The notes beneath the pieces are model-generated. The model worked only from the letters and a program-made list of their open reading frames with translations, did no database searches and was not told the DNA's origin. A stretch of DNA of 63,939 nt, counting the filler, from Octopus bimaculoides (lineage: Eukaryota): assembly GCF_001194135.2 (NCBI RefSeq). It is 7 parts of 6 records of this genome, joined end to end, with 100 filler letters (N's around TTAATTAATTAA, not from the genome) between each part and the next. Parts side by side here need not be neighbours in the genome. Positions count along the whole stretch, not along the records: positions 1 to 9,003 come from NC_068985.1; positions 9,104 to 17,579 come from NC_068995.1; 5 more parts are not named here. One strand, 5' to 3'. The position numbers and the translations under genes are program-made. Shown in pieces: positions 1 to 12,442 of the stretch (the first letter of the stretch is position 1; the number at the start of each line of letters is the position of its first letter).

Positions 1-28
1 TATATATATATATATATATATATATATC
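1..28. repeat. (TA)n microsatellite
   Basis: Pure TA run at the window start. Confidence 0.95.
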
Positions 29-365
29 CTCATCATAATCGTTTAATGTCCATTTTCCATGCTAGCATGGGTTGGACAGTTCGACTGGGGTCTGGGAAAC
101 CAGGAGGCTGCACCAGGCTCCAGTCTGATCTGGCTGATCTCCAGTCGGATCAGCTGGATGCCCTTCCTAACGCCAACCACTCCGTGAGTGTAGTGAGTGC
201 TTTTTACGTGCCACTGGCACAGGGGTCAGAGGAGGCTGCCAACGGCCACGATCGGTTGGTGCCTTTTACGTGCCACCGGCAAGGAAGCAAGTCAAGGCGG
301 CGCTGGCATCGGCCACGTTCGGATCGTGCACGGGTATCACAACTACAATTTTCATTTGATTTTTT
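29..365 (-). mobile_element. 5'-truncated RTE LINE 3' UTR fragment
   Basis: Same CCATGCTAGCATGGGTTGGAC...CAGCTGGATGCCCTTCCTAACGCCAACCAC tail that follows the RTE ORF end at 23660-24165. Confidence 0.8.
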
Positions 366-559
366 GATTATTGACTGCTTGTTGCTTGAGTTAGTAGCTG
401 TAGCAGCAACTCTCTAACTGTTAGTGTAAGAGTTAGTGTAAGCAACAGACTTGCCCTCCTGAAGATAGGCCTTTGCGCCCGAAATATGAAGCTTTGAAAA
501 AAAATTGTCTGCATTGTTAGAAACTTTCATTGTTTCTCTTTACACACACACACGCACAC

Positions 560-775
560 ACACACACTTGTGACAATTGTTTGGTGTGTTTATATCCTCG
601 TAAGGTAGCGGTTGCCTCCACCCCCTAAAAAAAGATACAGCGATCGATGAAATAAGTACCAGGTTTTAAAGAGCAATGCCTGGAGTCGATTCAATTGGCT
701 AATAATTCTTCAATGCGGAACCCCAGTATGGCCGCAGTCTAATGACTGAAACAAGTAAAATATTAAAAGATAAAA
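560..775 (+). mobile_element. SINE family B, 3' part
   Basis: Ends in CAGTATGGCCGCAGTCTAATGACTGAAACAAGTAAAA, as does the copy at 1588-1978. Confidence 0.65.
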
Positions 776-1189
776 GGTATGTCCTTCGATTTCTAATGAA
801 ATGGGCGCATATATAATGGAAAACATATTTCATCAGGAGATCACCAGACACGGTGACATGCTCCAAGACTCGAAACAAATCTAAAGCTGTCCATCACCAC
901 AAGTCCACTCCTTGTTGAGTTAGGTTCGCTTGCATGCCTCGATGATCCCGAGAGCTATGTCAGTAGACAACATAACCCTGGTGGCGCCTATCAACTCCCT
1001 TCTAGACTCTGGGCCAAAAGACATGTTTCCACAAAGTAGGGCCTTCCTCTTCCAGCTCTTGTTTCTTTTAAAAAGTCGACGATATTTCATTAACTTTCAT
1101 TTTTCCTGGACAGTGGTGTTGGCCCTATGCAAACCTATTTTTTATCCACCGAAGATACGTGGCCCATGTTAGTCTGGCCTTACAATAAC

Positions 1190-1199
1190 ATATTATTAT

Positions 1200-1281
<82 letters not shown>

Positions 1282-1423
1282 GTATGTATGTATGCATATG
1301 CATTTATAAATATTCATACATACATACATACATACATACATACATACATACATACATACGTACGTACGCACGTACGTACATACATACATACACACACATA
1401 TATATTTATATATATATATTTAT

Positions 1424-1460
<37 letters not shown>

Positions 1461-1520
1461 GAGAATTAACATATATATATATATATTTAGAGAATTAACA
1501 TATATATATATATATATCCA
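1190..1520. repeat. Compound (TTA)/(TA)/(TACA) microsatellite
   Basis: Direct reading. Confidence 0.9.
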
Positions 1521-1587
1521 TATACATTCATAAATACACACAAACACACACACACATACACGCATACACACATACACACAAACACAT

Positions 1588-1978
1588 AGGAGTGGCTGTG
1601 TGGTAAGTAACTTGCTTACCAACCACATGGTTCCGAGTTCATTCCCACTGCGTGGCAACTTGGGCAAATGTTTTCTATTATAGCCTCGGACCGACCAAAT
1701 CCTTGTAAGTGGATTTGTAAGACAGAAACTGAAAGAAGCCCGTCATATATATATGTATATATATTTGTATGTTTGTGCATATGTTTGTGTGTCTGTGTTT
1801 GTCCACCCACCATCGCCTGATGCTGGTGTGCTTAAACCCACGTAGTTTAGCGGATCAGCAAAGTAGTCCTATAGAATAAGTACTAGGCTTACAAAGAATA
1901 AGTCCTAGGGTCGATTTGCTCGACTAAAGGCAGTGCTCCAGCATGGCTGCAGTGAAATGACTGAAACAAGTAAAAGAT
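1588..1978 (+). mobile_element. tRNA-derived SINE family B, near full length
   Basis: A-box-like TGGCTGTGTGG, B-box-like GAGTTCATTCC, CORE-like CTTGGGCAAATG, internal TG tract; several homologous copies in the window. Confidence 0.85.
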
Positions 1979-2754
1979 TATACATATATATCCTACAAAT
2001 CACTGATTGATAAATATTCTTTGAACAGCTCATGCAAAAACAGTTGTTTAATTAGAATAGTTAATTATAATAGATTTCTAAATCATTTGTTGCATTCAGC
2101 GCAGCCCTACTTTTCTACGATATTTTATTTCACATAACTTGCGACACATTATACAATCGCTGAAAAATCAAAAATTTATTTTATGTGGACATAAATAATT
2201 TAAAAATGTAACATAAATGCATAAACATATAGCATGAAATCAATGCAAATAATATAATTATGAAAAACGAATTCCTCTCTAAACATTTTCGTGTTTACTT
2301 CTAGAAAGAAAATAAAGAAGAAAAATGGCTACTTTATGTGAATTTAACTTTTCCTCCATTTTGAATTTATTTGCTTGTTTTCTTGCTTCTCACTTCATGT
2401 ATAACTTTCTAATGTTTGAATTCAATCAGGCAATGTCATTAACAAAAGGATTGGAACTTAGCTCTTTATCCTTAACGTTGCTGCTTCTTAGCTAATAAAG
2501 CTAGATTATGGAGATGTTTTTATAGTTCTGGTGACGCAGTAAAGAAAAATGCTTCATTTTCAGGCGTTTGACAAAAGTATGTTTATCTAACGATGTCAAC
2601 GGTAACACCTCGCCTATCATTTATTCCTAGCATTCAGCGTCAGAGGAGTTTTTCAAAGAATGAACAAACGTGATTAAATCTATTTCTCTTGCAGTCTATT
2701 GTTGCTTTGTTGTTGCTGCTGCTGTTGTGGTTGTTATAGTTACTATTATTATTA

Positions 2755-2925
2755 TTCAGTGAGAGAGCAGTGCATGTTCTCAAAGTGACACTGAGGTAAA
2801 ATATATGAAATCCAGTATAGCCATCATGACTACCCGTCTGATAAGTGTACACCAGGCACATGCATCACAGCCATATGTGCGCGACATGGTGATCTCATAT
2901 CAAGATGAACAGTGCATGATCTTGC
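2755..2925 (-). mobile_element. 3' terminal segment of an (AAT)n-associated repeat, probable Dong-type LINE 3' UTR
   Basis: Reverse complement overlaps 19748-19778 (CAAGaTCATGcaCTgTTcATCTTGATAT) and ends in AATAATAAT. Confidence 0.65.
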
Positions 2926-4131
2926 GTCGATTATTAGGCACTCTTGTTTGTCCCTTGTAAAGGTTACTATATCTGGCCTTCAGTGTTTTAATACGTTGTC
3001 TGTCTGGAAATCAAAGTCCCAGAGGATTGTTGCCTTCCCCTTTCTATTACCTTTTCCGCTGTATGTTGGTACCTAACACGGCATAGTAGCCTGTGGAGGT
3101 TCTGGGCTACTTTGTCATGTCTACGCTTGTACTCTTTCTGCGCAAGACTTTCACAAGCACTAACAATGTGAGTCACACTTTCGACCCTCTTCCCACACAT
3201 TCTGCAGAGGTTCGTTGCACTTGTGTGGTATATATTCTTTATCACTGAATTGGTAATCAATACCTGGCCCTGGGCCACGATGATTAGGCTTTCAGTATTC
3301 TTTTGTAGGTTACCCTTGTTACGCTACCTCCATGATACTTCCTGGTCTTTTAATTTGTTGGTTTCACAGTGGAACTGACCATGTAATTCCAAACGGAGTA
3401 GGGTTTCTTCTCTCTCGTTGGCCGTTCTTGATCAGAATTCATGAGCATTCTCAAGTCCATTTTTTGTTAACTCCTGTACTAGCAGTATACTGTAGCAGGT
3501 CTTCTTTGCTGTTTACCAAATATTCTGCCATGTTTCTTCTTTCACTGTTGATGCACTCCCGTAAGCTAATTAGCCCACGTCCACCCTTACCACTCTTCAT
3601 GTAGAACCTGTGTACATTTGCTTTAAGGTGGAGGGTACCATGCGTTGTCCTTGTCTTTCGGGTAGTGTGATCGAGTTTGTCAATCTCTGCTTGTGACCAT
3701 CTCAGAATGGGCGCACTATAGCGGACTACAGCAACAATCCATATGTTGATAGCATCTACAAGGTTCTTCGAGTTGTGCTTCGATTTCAAAAGAAGTTTGA
3801 GGCGCTTGAAGTATGCAGTGATGACCTTGTCTTTCATTTCTTTGTGCAAGATATTATGCAGCTGCAGGATCCCACCATCATCCGGGTCTTCCATTCGCTC
3901 CCCGTTTGGCAATTCTATGCCCTTACAATTTACTCTCACTCCACCGCTTTAAAGTAAGCACAGCACACTTCGAGATACCGAATTCCTTCCCTATATCCTT
4001 GCTGCACATTTGCACAATATCAACCAACCTCTCCATCTCAGACTTTTTGCGAACAGTTTTAAATAATCCATGAAGAGAAGGTGGTTGAGACAAGGTCCGT
4101 TCTTTCTCAGCACATGGTGCACGTTCGTTTC
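2926..4131 (-). pseudogene. R4/Dong-clade non-LTR retrotransposon ORF fragment (RT motif 5, thumb, CCHC, start of REL endonuclease), disrupted
   Basis: LNHLLFMD(Y)LKLFAK; VAVVRYSAPILRW; GGRGLISL; CRMCGKRVESVTHIVSAC; YKRRHDKVA; ILWDFDFQTD..RPDIV..CLIID; frameshifts and stops. Confidence 0.9.
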
Positions 4132-4390
4132 ATAGTGTCAGCTGTTCACTATCAGTGAACTAAGGTAACACCTCTTATTTTTCGAGCACCTTCCGGAGTA
4201 TTCAAGTGGTTCCAAACAGTACTGTTTTCTGCAAGTGCTCCACCCTTATTGCAGTCCCTATTTGTTCCACGTACTTCTCGAGATTTTTGCTCACTGTTCT
4301 CAGGGCTCCGACAATTATTGGTACTACTACCACCTTTTCCATTGACCACAACTGCTTAACTTCCCAAGCTAACCTGTCATATCTCTCGAC

Positions 4391-4393
<3 letters not shown>
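4132..4393 (-). pseudogene. C-terminus of an R4/Dong REL endonuclease ORF plus start of 3' UTR
   Basis: IVERYDRLAWEVKQLWSMEKVVVVPIIVGAL...LQKTVLFGTT*ILRKVLEK* (4393-4175), then hairpin GTTCACT-ATC-AGTGAAC at 4144-4160. Confidence 0.85.

Positions 4394-4441
<48 letters not shown>
4391..4441. repeat. (TTA)n microsatellite abutting the Dong fragment
   Basis: Direct reading. Confidence 0.95.
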
Positions 4442-4442
<1 letters not shown>

Positions 4443-5205
4443 AATTAATTCCATTAACAGAAGTTGGTGAACATTTGAGAAGCCTTTTTCCGGATTTAGG
4501 ATTTCAATTGTAGTCCCCCCCGCTGTTAAAACTAGCGAATCGCAGTCTCTTATTGATTTTTCTGTGATTCAAGCAGTTCTAGAATTAAAGTCTTCCATTG
4601 TGACTTATAATGACTAAAACTTATTCGCTTAGAATGGATACAGATAAAATAGCAAAACAAAATGCAGAGGAATGTGTGTGTGTGTGTGTGTGTCTGTTCC
4701 ATTTAGAGATATTAGATTTCTATGGTTTCAGGTAAATTTATTTAGGCACAAGAATACACACATTCAGTGAACCATACACCAATATATAACACGGGATAGC
4801 TTAGGCACACACTATACACTCACACACTATATACACACACTATACACACATATGCATACATATAACATAATGTAATATTTACAGCTAATACTACATATAC
4901 GTACATATATATATATGTTTATATATATGTATATATGTATATGCATATATATGTACATATATATACATATATATATACATATATATAATACACATATATA
5001 ATACATATATATATATGTTTGTGTGTGAGTGTATTCTCACAGGCACTGATGCACACGCATGCAAAACAGGAAATCGCACACTCACTTGCAAGATATGCCT
5101 TGACAAAGACGGTGAGTAAAAGATGGAAGGAAAGTGCTTAAGCTCAATACCCAAGAGCGCCCTAATGTCAATAAATTTCTTTTATAAGATCCAATTTCAC
5201 TCGTG

Positions 5206-5218
5206 TTCTTTCCTTCCT

Positions 5219-5290
<72 letters not shown>

Positions 5291-5292
5291 TT
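5206..5292. repeat. (TTTC)n microsatellite
   Basis: Direct reading. Confidence 0.95.
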
Positions 5293-6124
5293 TATCCCTC
5301 TCTCTGTCTCTCGTTTTCGCATTTTACTTCTCATAAAGTCAAACATACATACACACAGATAATATACATATGTATGCATAGGTATCGATACATGGATGTA
5401 TGTATGTATATATACATGTACATCTATGTGCGTGTATAAACGTATACATGCACGTATATATATACGTATATATACACACCTATATATATATATGGACACC
5501 AGCACATATCGTAAATCTGGCTCTTTAATAACGAGATATTCTACCTTAACATCAAAATACACGTAGGAATGTGTAACAGATTTATGTATAATTTGTATTT
5601 GCGATGCTCTCAAGCTTTATGATGAGCCAGTGATGGTGCATATACGCAGCGAATCGACACACTAGAAATAACAGCTAATTGTCCCTTGTAGCATGGCTAC
5701 ATGTTTCATAATAAGGCATTCGTTAATGTGATCCTTTATCAGGTCACTTGTGTGGTCCCTGAAGAGTGATACTGGTAACATGGAATCCAGTAGAATCTGT
5801 TGCATGGTCGGGTCGTCGTCGGCTAAACCGTCACCCCCACTAAACTTGCCTGGTTATGAGGGTTGCTAGAAACCCAGTAGGACTAAAAACGAAAAAGATA
5901 GATGAACCTAGAGTAGATTCAATTACTTTCTAGTAATAACAGGACCCCTTAGACATCCCGGGTTGGTGTCCAACATATTGGAAGACCCCTTAGCTTTTGT
6001 TAGCGCATGTCTATAGAACCTGCTTCAACTCTAGGGTACTTTCGCTCGGTAATCGGCGGAGACGTGGGCTGCAAATTCTTTGCGACAGTCGACAATTGAT
6101 GGCAAGATGATCTGCTACGTATCA

Positions 6125-6262
6125 CACTTTGCCTTTCATCCTTTCGGGGTCGGTTAAATAAGTATCAGTTACGCACTGGGGTCGATATAATTGACTTAAT
6201 CCGTTTGTCTGTCCTTATTTGTCCCCTCTGTGTGTAGCCCCTTGTGGGTAGTAAATAAATAA
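6125..6262 (+). mobile_element. SINE family A central domain with an alternative tail
   Basis: CTTTGCCTTTCATCCTTTCGGGGTCG...AAATAAGTA shared with 8095-8300 and 52925-53140. Confidence 0.7.
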
Positions 6263-6915
6263 CGTATCACGCTATTCCAAACGTGTGTGTATATGTGACC
6301 TAGTACTACATGTGATCTTGTATCTCCACTGAAAATCCGAGCACGAACTCTACACCTCAACAGCGAATGACGAGTACGGCTATGGTGCCCGCATTATCTC
6401 CAACTGTGGCTGACCGTCAGATGTGGTCAGCGTTCGCAAGGGGACAGAGTAAACTCACGAATCGGAGTCGTTTCAACCCACCTCGGATGTAGCCGCCACA
6501 AGTACAAATACAAGTAAGAAATGCTAGTCGGTCTCATATTGAAGATCTTTGATAGGTTTCGTCTATCAGGGGCGAGACGAGGCTGCAGGGCAAGGGCGGC
6601 GATTTTTGTATAGTTTAATTTGGGAAATAAGACTATAGAATCAGAAGTGAAATGGTAAAGCAGGTACTCGACATCGGGTACTATTTCATTTCACAGCAAC
6701 ACCAACAACAACAACAACAACTTGAGCTGTTAGATTTTGTAAGTAAACCTACTCGTATGACAAAATAGCTTCAAAAATGCTAGAACACATTAAATAATGC
6801 GCCCTTGATATTCTCTCTCGGCAAACCGGAAACGCCCCTTGATCAGGATTTTGCATAATCAGGGTTTAACTGGGGTAAGCAACAAGAACCGCAAAATAAG
6901 GATAACGAAGGTTTA

Positions 6916-6916
<1 letters not shown>

Positions 6917-6978
<62 letters not shown>

Positions 6979-7018
6979 CACCACCATCACCACCACCACC
7001 ACCTCTGGCACCACCACA

Positions 7019-7102
<84 letters not shown>

Positions 7103-7108
7103 TTACTA
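6917..7108. repeat. (CTA)n-(CAC)n-(CTA)n microsatellite
   Basis: Direct reading. Confidence 0.95.
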
Positions 7109-7692
7109 GGCTAATATTTAGCACAAGGACATACAAATTTTAAAGAAAACAATTAATTGAATCAGCCAAGGTGCCTACTTGATCTTCGACTTATCAATCA
7201 ACTTCTGATAAAAAAGAAGAAGAAAAAGCAGCCTTTATCTCAGCGGTATTTGAATTTCGAATCTGGAAGGATGGTAGTTCATGTTGCGAGATATTTATCA
7301 CGCTACTCGAAGTCTGATTAAAAGGTATCGGGCCTGTTGCTATGGGAACAGAGCTAAATTAGGCAGAGTGAAGCCGCTTGGCACACAATGACCTTGAACT
7401 CTGTTGCCCATGCGCACTAAGTCATAACGCCCTCGCTCGATTCCGATGTTTTTAGTTGTGTTTGGTAGTAACGTGCGGAGAGTGTGGTCATCTCACCACA
7501 CCACAGGCGTTCCATCAGTGACCACGGAAATGAAAGGGATAAGTTACTCTCGGGTGGATTTGAACTCGACGCATCTGGCTAGAAAATACTGCAGGTTTTA
7601 TATAATGTACATTATAAATGAGAAATGGGGCAATAAAATCTGACTGTCTGAAAAACGGGAGAGAGCTGTACTTAACACGCAGACTTCAAGCA

Positions 7693-7724
<32 letters not shown>

Positions 7725-8094
7725 GTTTGTGCAAGTGCTCCAAACTCTCGGCTCTTGCCCATTAAATAAATACGTACGCCCCTGAGGCATCCGTCCTTCA
7801 TTTCGCCTCAACCTTTTCTGCTCTCTTTAATACAAAAGAGGAAAAGTAACTCCATAATATTCAGACGATTCCTGAACAGATTTTCCAACAAATTTCGGAT
7901 AAAACATCCACATCCGGATGTAGCTCTGCAAACAATATCTCTTTACTCGAATGGGTTATGGTGCCCAAAATATTACAATAACCGGAAACATGATCAAATG
8001 TCTTCTTTAAGTGGCGTTATTAAGTTGCTGATAGCCTGGGCCATTACTGGCCGATGCGTAGCTATATGAATATAATATTTCAAGCGCAGTGTAA

Positions 8095-8300
8095 GTTGGC
8101 GTGATGGCAGAAGCGTTACTGTGCCGGAAAAAATGCTTTGCAGCATTTCGTCCGTCTTTATGTTCTGAATTCAAATTCTTCCGGGGTCGACTTTGCATTT
8201 CATCCTTTCTGAGTCGATAAAATAAGTACCAGTTGTGTAGTGGGGTCGGTGTAAAAGACTTACCATTCCTCCGAAACCTTGTGCCAAAAGTTGAAATCAA
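8095..8300 (+). mobile_element. tRNA-derived SINE family A
   Basis: A-box-like TGGCAGAAGCG, B-box-like GAATTCAAATT, central GACTTTGCATTTCATCCTTTC..GTCGATAAAATAAGTACCAG. Confidence 0.8.
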
Positions 8301-8349
8301 TATTTCAAGCACGGTATTTAGAAATATACAAAATCATCATGCAAAATAA

Positions 8350-8550
8350 TCCTTTCTACTAAAGGCACAATTTGTGGGGAGGGGCCAGTCGATTAGATTG
8401 ACCCCAGTGCTTCACTGATACTTAATTTATTGACCCCGAAAGGATGAAAGTCAAAGTCGACCGCAGCGGAATTTGAACTCAAAACGTAAAGACAGACGAA
8501 ATACTGCTAAACTATTCGCCAGGCGTGCTAACGTTTCTGCCAGCTCACTA
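8350..8550 (-). mobile_element. tRNA-derived SINE family A
   Basis: Reverse-complement copy: GAGCTGGCAGAAACGTTAG...GAGTTCAAATTCC...TTTCATCCTTTCGGGGTC. Confidence 0.85.
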
Positions 8551-9003
8551 CGTTCATCGCCAGGCGAAATATTGCTAAACCATACCTACTCGCAAAAAAA
8601 AGAAGAAACTAATATATATTGTTGTGGATCCACATTTACTATGAATTTTTGCCTTACAGATTCATTTACTTACCATGCATTTAACACAACAGATTTTCCT
8701 TTTCGTATTTCTTTGTCTGTAACATCCAGATTCATGGGACAAAATATCTATAAAATATAAAGAAGGAAATAGTTGTCAGAACTTACGCAAACAACGAAAT
8801 GAACAGCTACTACGGAATCAAACACACATGCATCGCATTTACGCAAAAACAAATATGCACACATTTGTACATACACACATATTAATGACGTCATAAGAAA
8901 ACATAAATTTTCGGGAGAGCGTTAAATAATTTTTGTTTGTATATATATATATATATATACATACATATATATATCTATATCTATATCTATATCTATATAT
9001 ATA

Positions 9004-9103
9004 NNNNNNNNNNNNNNNNNNNNNNNNNNNNNNNNNNNNNNNNNNNNTTAATTAATTAANNNNNNNNNNNNNNNNNNNNNNNNNNNNNNNNNNNNNNNNN
9101 NNN
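9004..9103. other. Artificial contig-joining linker (44N-TTAATTAATTAA-44N)
   Basis: Identical 100-nt structure six times in the window; the 12-mer places stop codons in all six frames. Confidence 0.95.
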
Positions 9104-9139
<36 letters not shown>

Positions 9140-9239
9140 CGTTTATGTATGTAGTATGTATAAATGTATAAATGTATGTATGTATGTATATTTGTTCTTT
9201 TCTAGGTATGCAGGTATGTATGTATATATGTATGATGCT

Positions 9240-9786
9240 CCGAGGAAGTTGATGCTAAACTATTTGGGGGGGACTCAAAAGTGCCTATACAGGAAGACTG
9301 CTTGGAAAAGGGGTCTACGATCAACAGTGTTAGAGACAGTGCTTTGCTGGCCAACAAACTGAAGCCAGCAATTCGTACCAAAACACCAAAACCTATTGTC
9401 GAAGGAAGGTTTGTTGTTGCATGACAATGCACGCTCACACACGGCTGCTCAGACCGTTGAAACAATTAACCAATTAGGTTTTAAGGTACAGGAACACCCT
9501 GCCGACAGCCTAGATCTCGCCCCTTCCGACCATCATATCTTTGGACCGTTCAAATATGGTTTACGAGGTCGTCGATTTCCTACAGATGATGGGGTGGAGG
9601 AAACGGTGCATAAATGGTTGTTCAACCAACCGAAAGCCTTCTTCTTAGAGGGAATACACAAGCTAGTGGACAGCTGGACCAAGTGCATCGAAAAAGAAGG
9701 AGACTGTATAGAAAAATGACGTACTTTCTTATTATGTATGAATATATTGAAAAAATAAGTGTGTGTAATTTTTGACTCTCCCGTTA
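9240..9786 (+). mobile_element. mariner (Tc1/mariner) transposon, 3' half, decayed
   Basis: LLHDNARSH, SLDLAPSDHHIFGPFK (YSPDLAPSD motif), W.KCIEKEGD; 3' TIR-like AATTTTTGACTCTCCCGTTA. Confidence 0.9.
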
Positions 9787-11413
9787 ACATTTGCTGATTT
9801 GTGCGGAAACCCTACTGGTCTGGTGCTTCAGTAAACCGTTGCTGGATATTTCTCTCGCTCCGATATATATTGTACTACCGTGTTTTTAACAGACTATCTC
9901 TGCTAGAACTTTTTTTTTTGATTTTTTGTTTTTTTTCACATAAAACCTATGACATCTCTCAGTTGTGTTTATACTTTGCGTATGATAAATAAATGTATTA
10001 GATACATATATGTCTATGCTTGTGTATCATTATTCATCTACTTTCTCAAATGCATGTGAGTTTGCGCTCACATGTATGAATATAATCATCAAATTTTAGC
10101 ACTGCATTATGGAGGCTTTCTCTACTGATTTGCGTATATATATTTTTCCATCATGTTGACAAGTGCATGATCCGAACAACGGTAACGTGTAACCTAGTGA
10201 TTGCACCTCAAAAATTTCCTCCTCATAAAATATATTGTGTTGTGTTATTCTATATAATTCAATAGACTATAATTTATAAGTTGACTGCTTTATTTTCACC
10301 TTCTTTTCACACATATTTTATGTCATAACCGACATCTATCGTATCTCTTCCAAGAGTAGGGCACCATACACAAAATAATAAGTATCTGTCTATAGAGCAA
10401 GACTGCGTAGAATTTCTTTGCCGACACTTTTCCTGTTCCTTCCTATTCCATCCAGAAAAAAAATGCTAAATGAAATTTCTAATAGAAAATACTGAAAATT
10501 TTATAAGAAGAATTAGATGCTGAATTTACTTCTTCGATAATGGAACATCTTGAAGCCATAGAGATAATATTGCGTAACCAATTTCCAAACATTTTTAATT
10601 TATCGTATTTGTTTTTTTTTGTTTTTTTTTTTGGTTATCTACTTCAATGTGTATTTCTAAAGTTAGAGCATTGATTCCGATATATAATAATAACATCTCT
10701 CCAGCATCAACGTTTACTGACCTACACTGATAATTCCTATTTTTATGAAATTTATTTATCTCGAGACTCCTACGTATCTAAAATCACATTTATCTGTTTC
10801 AGATTGTCTTGTACAGTTTTCAATGTTAGCTTTTTAAGTATATTGGCAACACCGGAATACAAAATCCTTCAGAGGCATTCTGCTGAATTAAAAGCAATAA
10901 GTTATCAAATAAAAATATAAAAAGTGCCAAATTCTGGGTGGAATATCGACTTCAGTTCTGAATGATTATCATTGATCAAGACCAGTCGTGGACTCCTTGT
11001 GTAAGGTACAGAAGCTCTTGAACTACTTTAGAAGAATAGAAAAAATGGTTAAAAAGCCAGAGAAGAGATACGCTCTCTAAGAATACAGATACACGAAGAA
11101 TCTCCACTGATTGATTTTTCTGTGTATTTGATCTTTCAAAGTGCTGCGTGGTTGACAAAAATGTATGCTTTTCTGTATACAGGCGAAAAGAGTGAAATTT
11201 AATTGGGGAAGATTCTATGACTAGAGTGAGTGTTCCGTCAGAAGGCATGCTGAACTTTCAGTTTACTATGATGTCAGTGGATATTTATGTTTCTTTGATC
11301 ATATGAATGGTTTGCTCCAGTGTTGTTAGACGTGGGATGCTTAGTGGTCATCGCCGTATCATTACGAAGCTTCGAATCAGTTTTACTTTGAAATGGCAAC
11401 TAATATCCATCAC

Positions 11414-12212
11414 TACGAGGTGGTATCAAAACGTTCACGGACTGGTTCTGTAGCGCGCCAACAGATGACAGCACACGGTTGCGTGCGCAGTGACAGCTAG
11501 CAGTGACTTTCATGAGTTTGTGTACCGAGTGACATTGCTGTGTTTACTTCGCAAATTCTGAAATTTGTGTTTTAGTGAACATGTGTATGCTGTAGCCTAC
11601 GATTTCGTCATGGACAGGCAGTTGGAACAAAGAGCCAACGCGAAATTTGGGAGGTCTACTACAGAGATATTCGGGATGGTTCGGTAAGCTTACGGCAACC
11701 AGGCAATGAGTCGAACGCAACGTTTCGAATGGTACAGGTGCTTCAAAAGCGGAAGAACGCCCCTGGAAAATGATGACCGACCTGGAAGAATTGCCATGAG
11801 CGTCATCCTCGGAAATGAGGTATTGTGCATCGAGTATTCGGTCCCCAGATCAATCGAGAGTTGTACTACTACATTTTAAATCGTTTGAGGGATGACATTC
11901 GACGAAAGTGACCAGATCTCCGGATTGCGATGAACGGGATTCTTCACCGAACTCTCCTTACTCGTCAAAAACAACACAGTATCGCTTCATATTCACCCGA
12001 TTTAGCACTTACGGACTTCCATCTCTTTCCCAAGATGAAAATGCAGCTTAAATATTGCTCTGTTGTCAAATTCCAGACTGAATGGCAGAAACTCCTCGAC
12101 TCGCTTACGGAAAATGACTTCCAGGCCGGATTGCAAAAGTGGCAGGAACGTTGGAACCGGCGTATTGCTGCGCAAAGTGGCTATTTCGAAAATGTTAAGA
12201 CGTAGGTAAATA
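11414..12212 (+). mobile_element. mariner transposon, internally deleted, 3' TIR lost
   Basis: 5' TIR TACGAGGTGGTATCAAAA; MDRQLEQRAN..FEWYRCFKSGR..DDRPGR HTH region; YSPDLALTDFHLFPKMK; WQERWNRRIAAQSGYFE. Confidence 0.9.
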
Positions 12213-12442
12213 AGCAAATATTCTGCTTAATACCACAGATTTGCTTGTCAATTGTTTGACCTTAACTAGTTAAGCATGTCCTTAAGTGGCTGATGATATG
12301 TGCATCTCTGATCACGAGCAGAAGTAGTGGGGGAGCAACATAGCCATGTGTTGCAAGGAATTCTTTGGGGTTTAGGTAGTTCACCTTTGGAAACATGGAT
12401 GTTTAGTTCAACATCCTTAAACAACCCTTATTCAGGGATCTT
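12213..12442 (+). mobile_element. Fragment of the (AAT)n-associated LINE 3' UTR repeat
   Basis: Near-identical to 19470-19705 (GCAAATATTCTGCT..ACCACAGATTTGCTTGTCA...GATATGTGCATCTCTGATCACGAGCAGAAGTAGTGGGGGAGC). Confidence 0.85.

Noticed and set aside
1458-1505. Duplicated TTTAGAGAATTAACA within a TA run
   Set aside because: Slippage or assembly artefact inside a microsatellite
2563-4512. Possible exon pair AFDK + KVGEHLRSLFPDLGFQL*
   Set aside because: A 13-nt exon with no other support; could arise by chance
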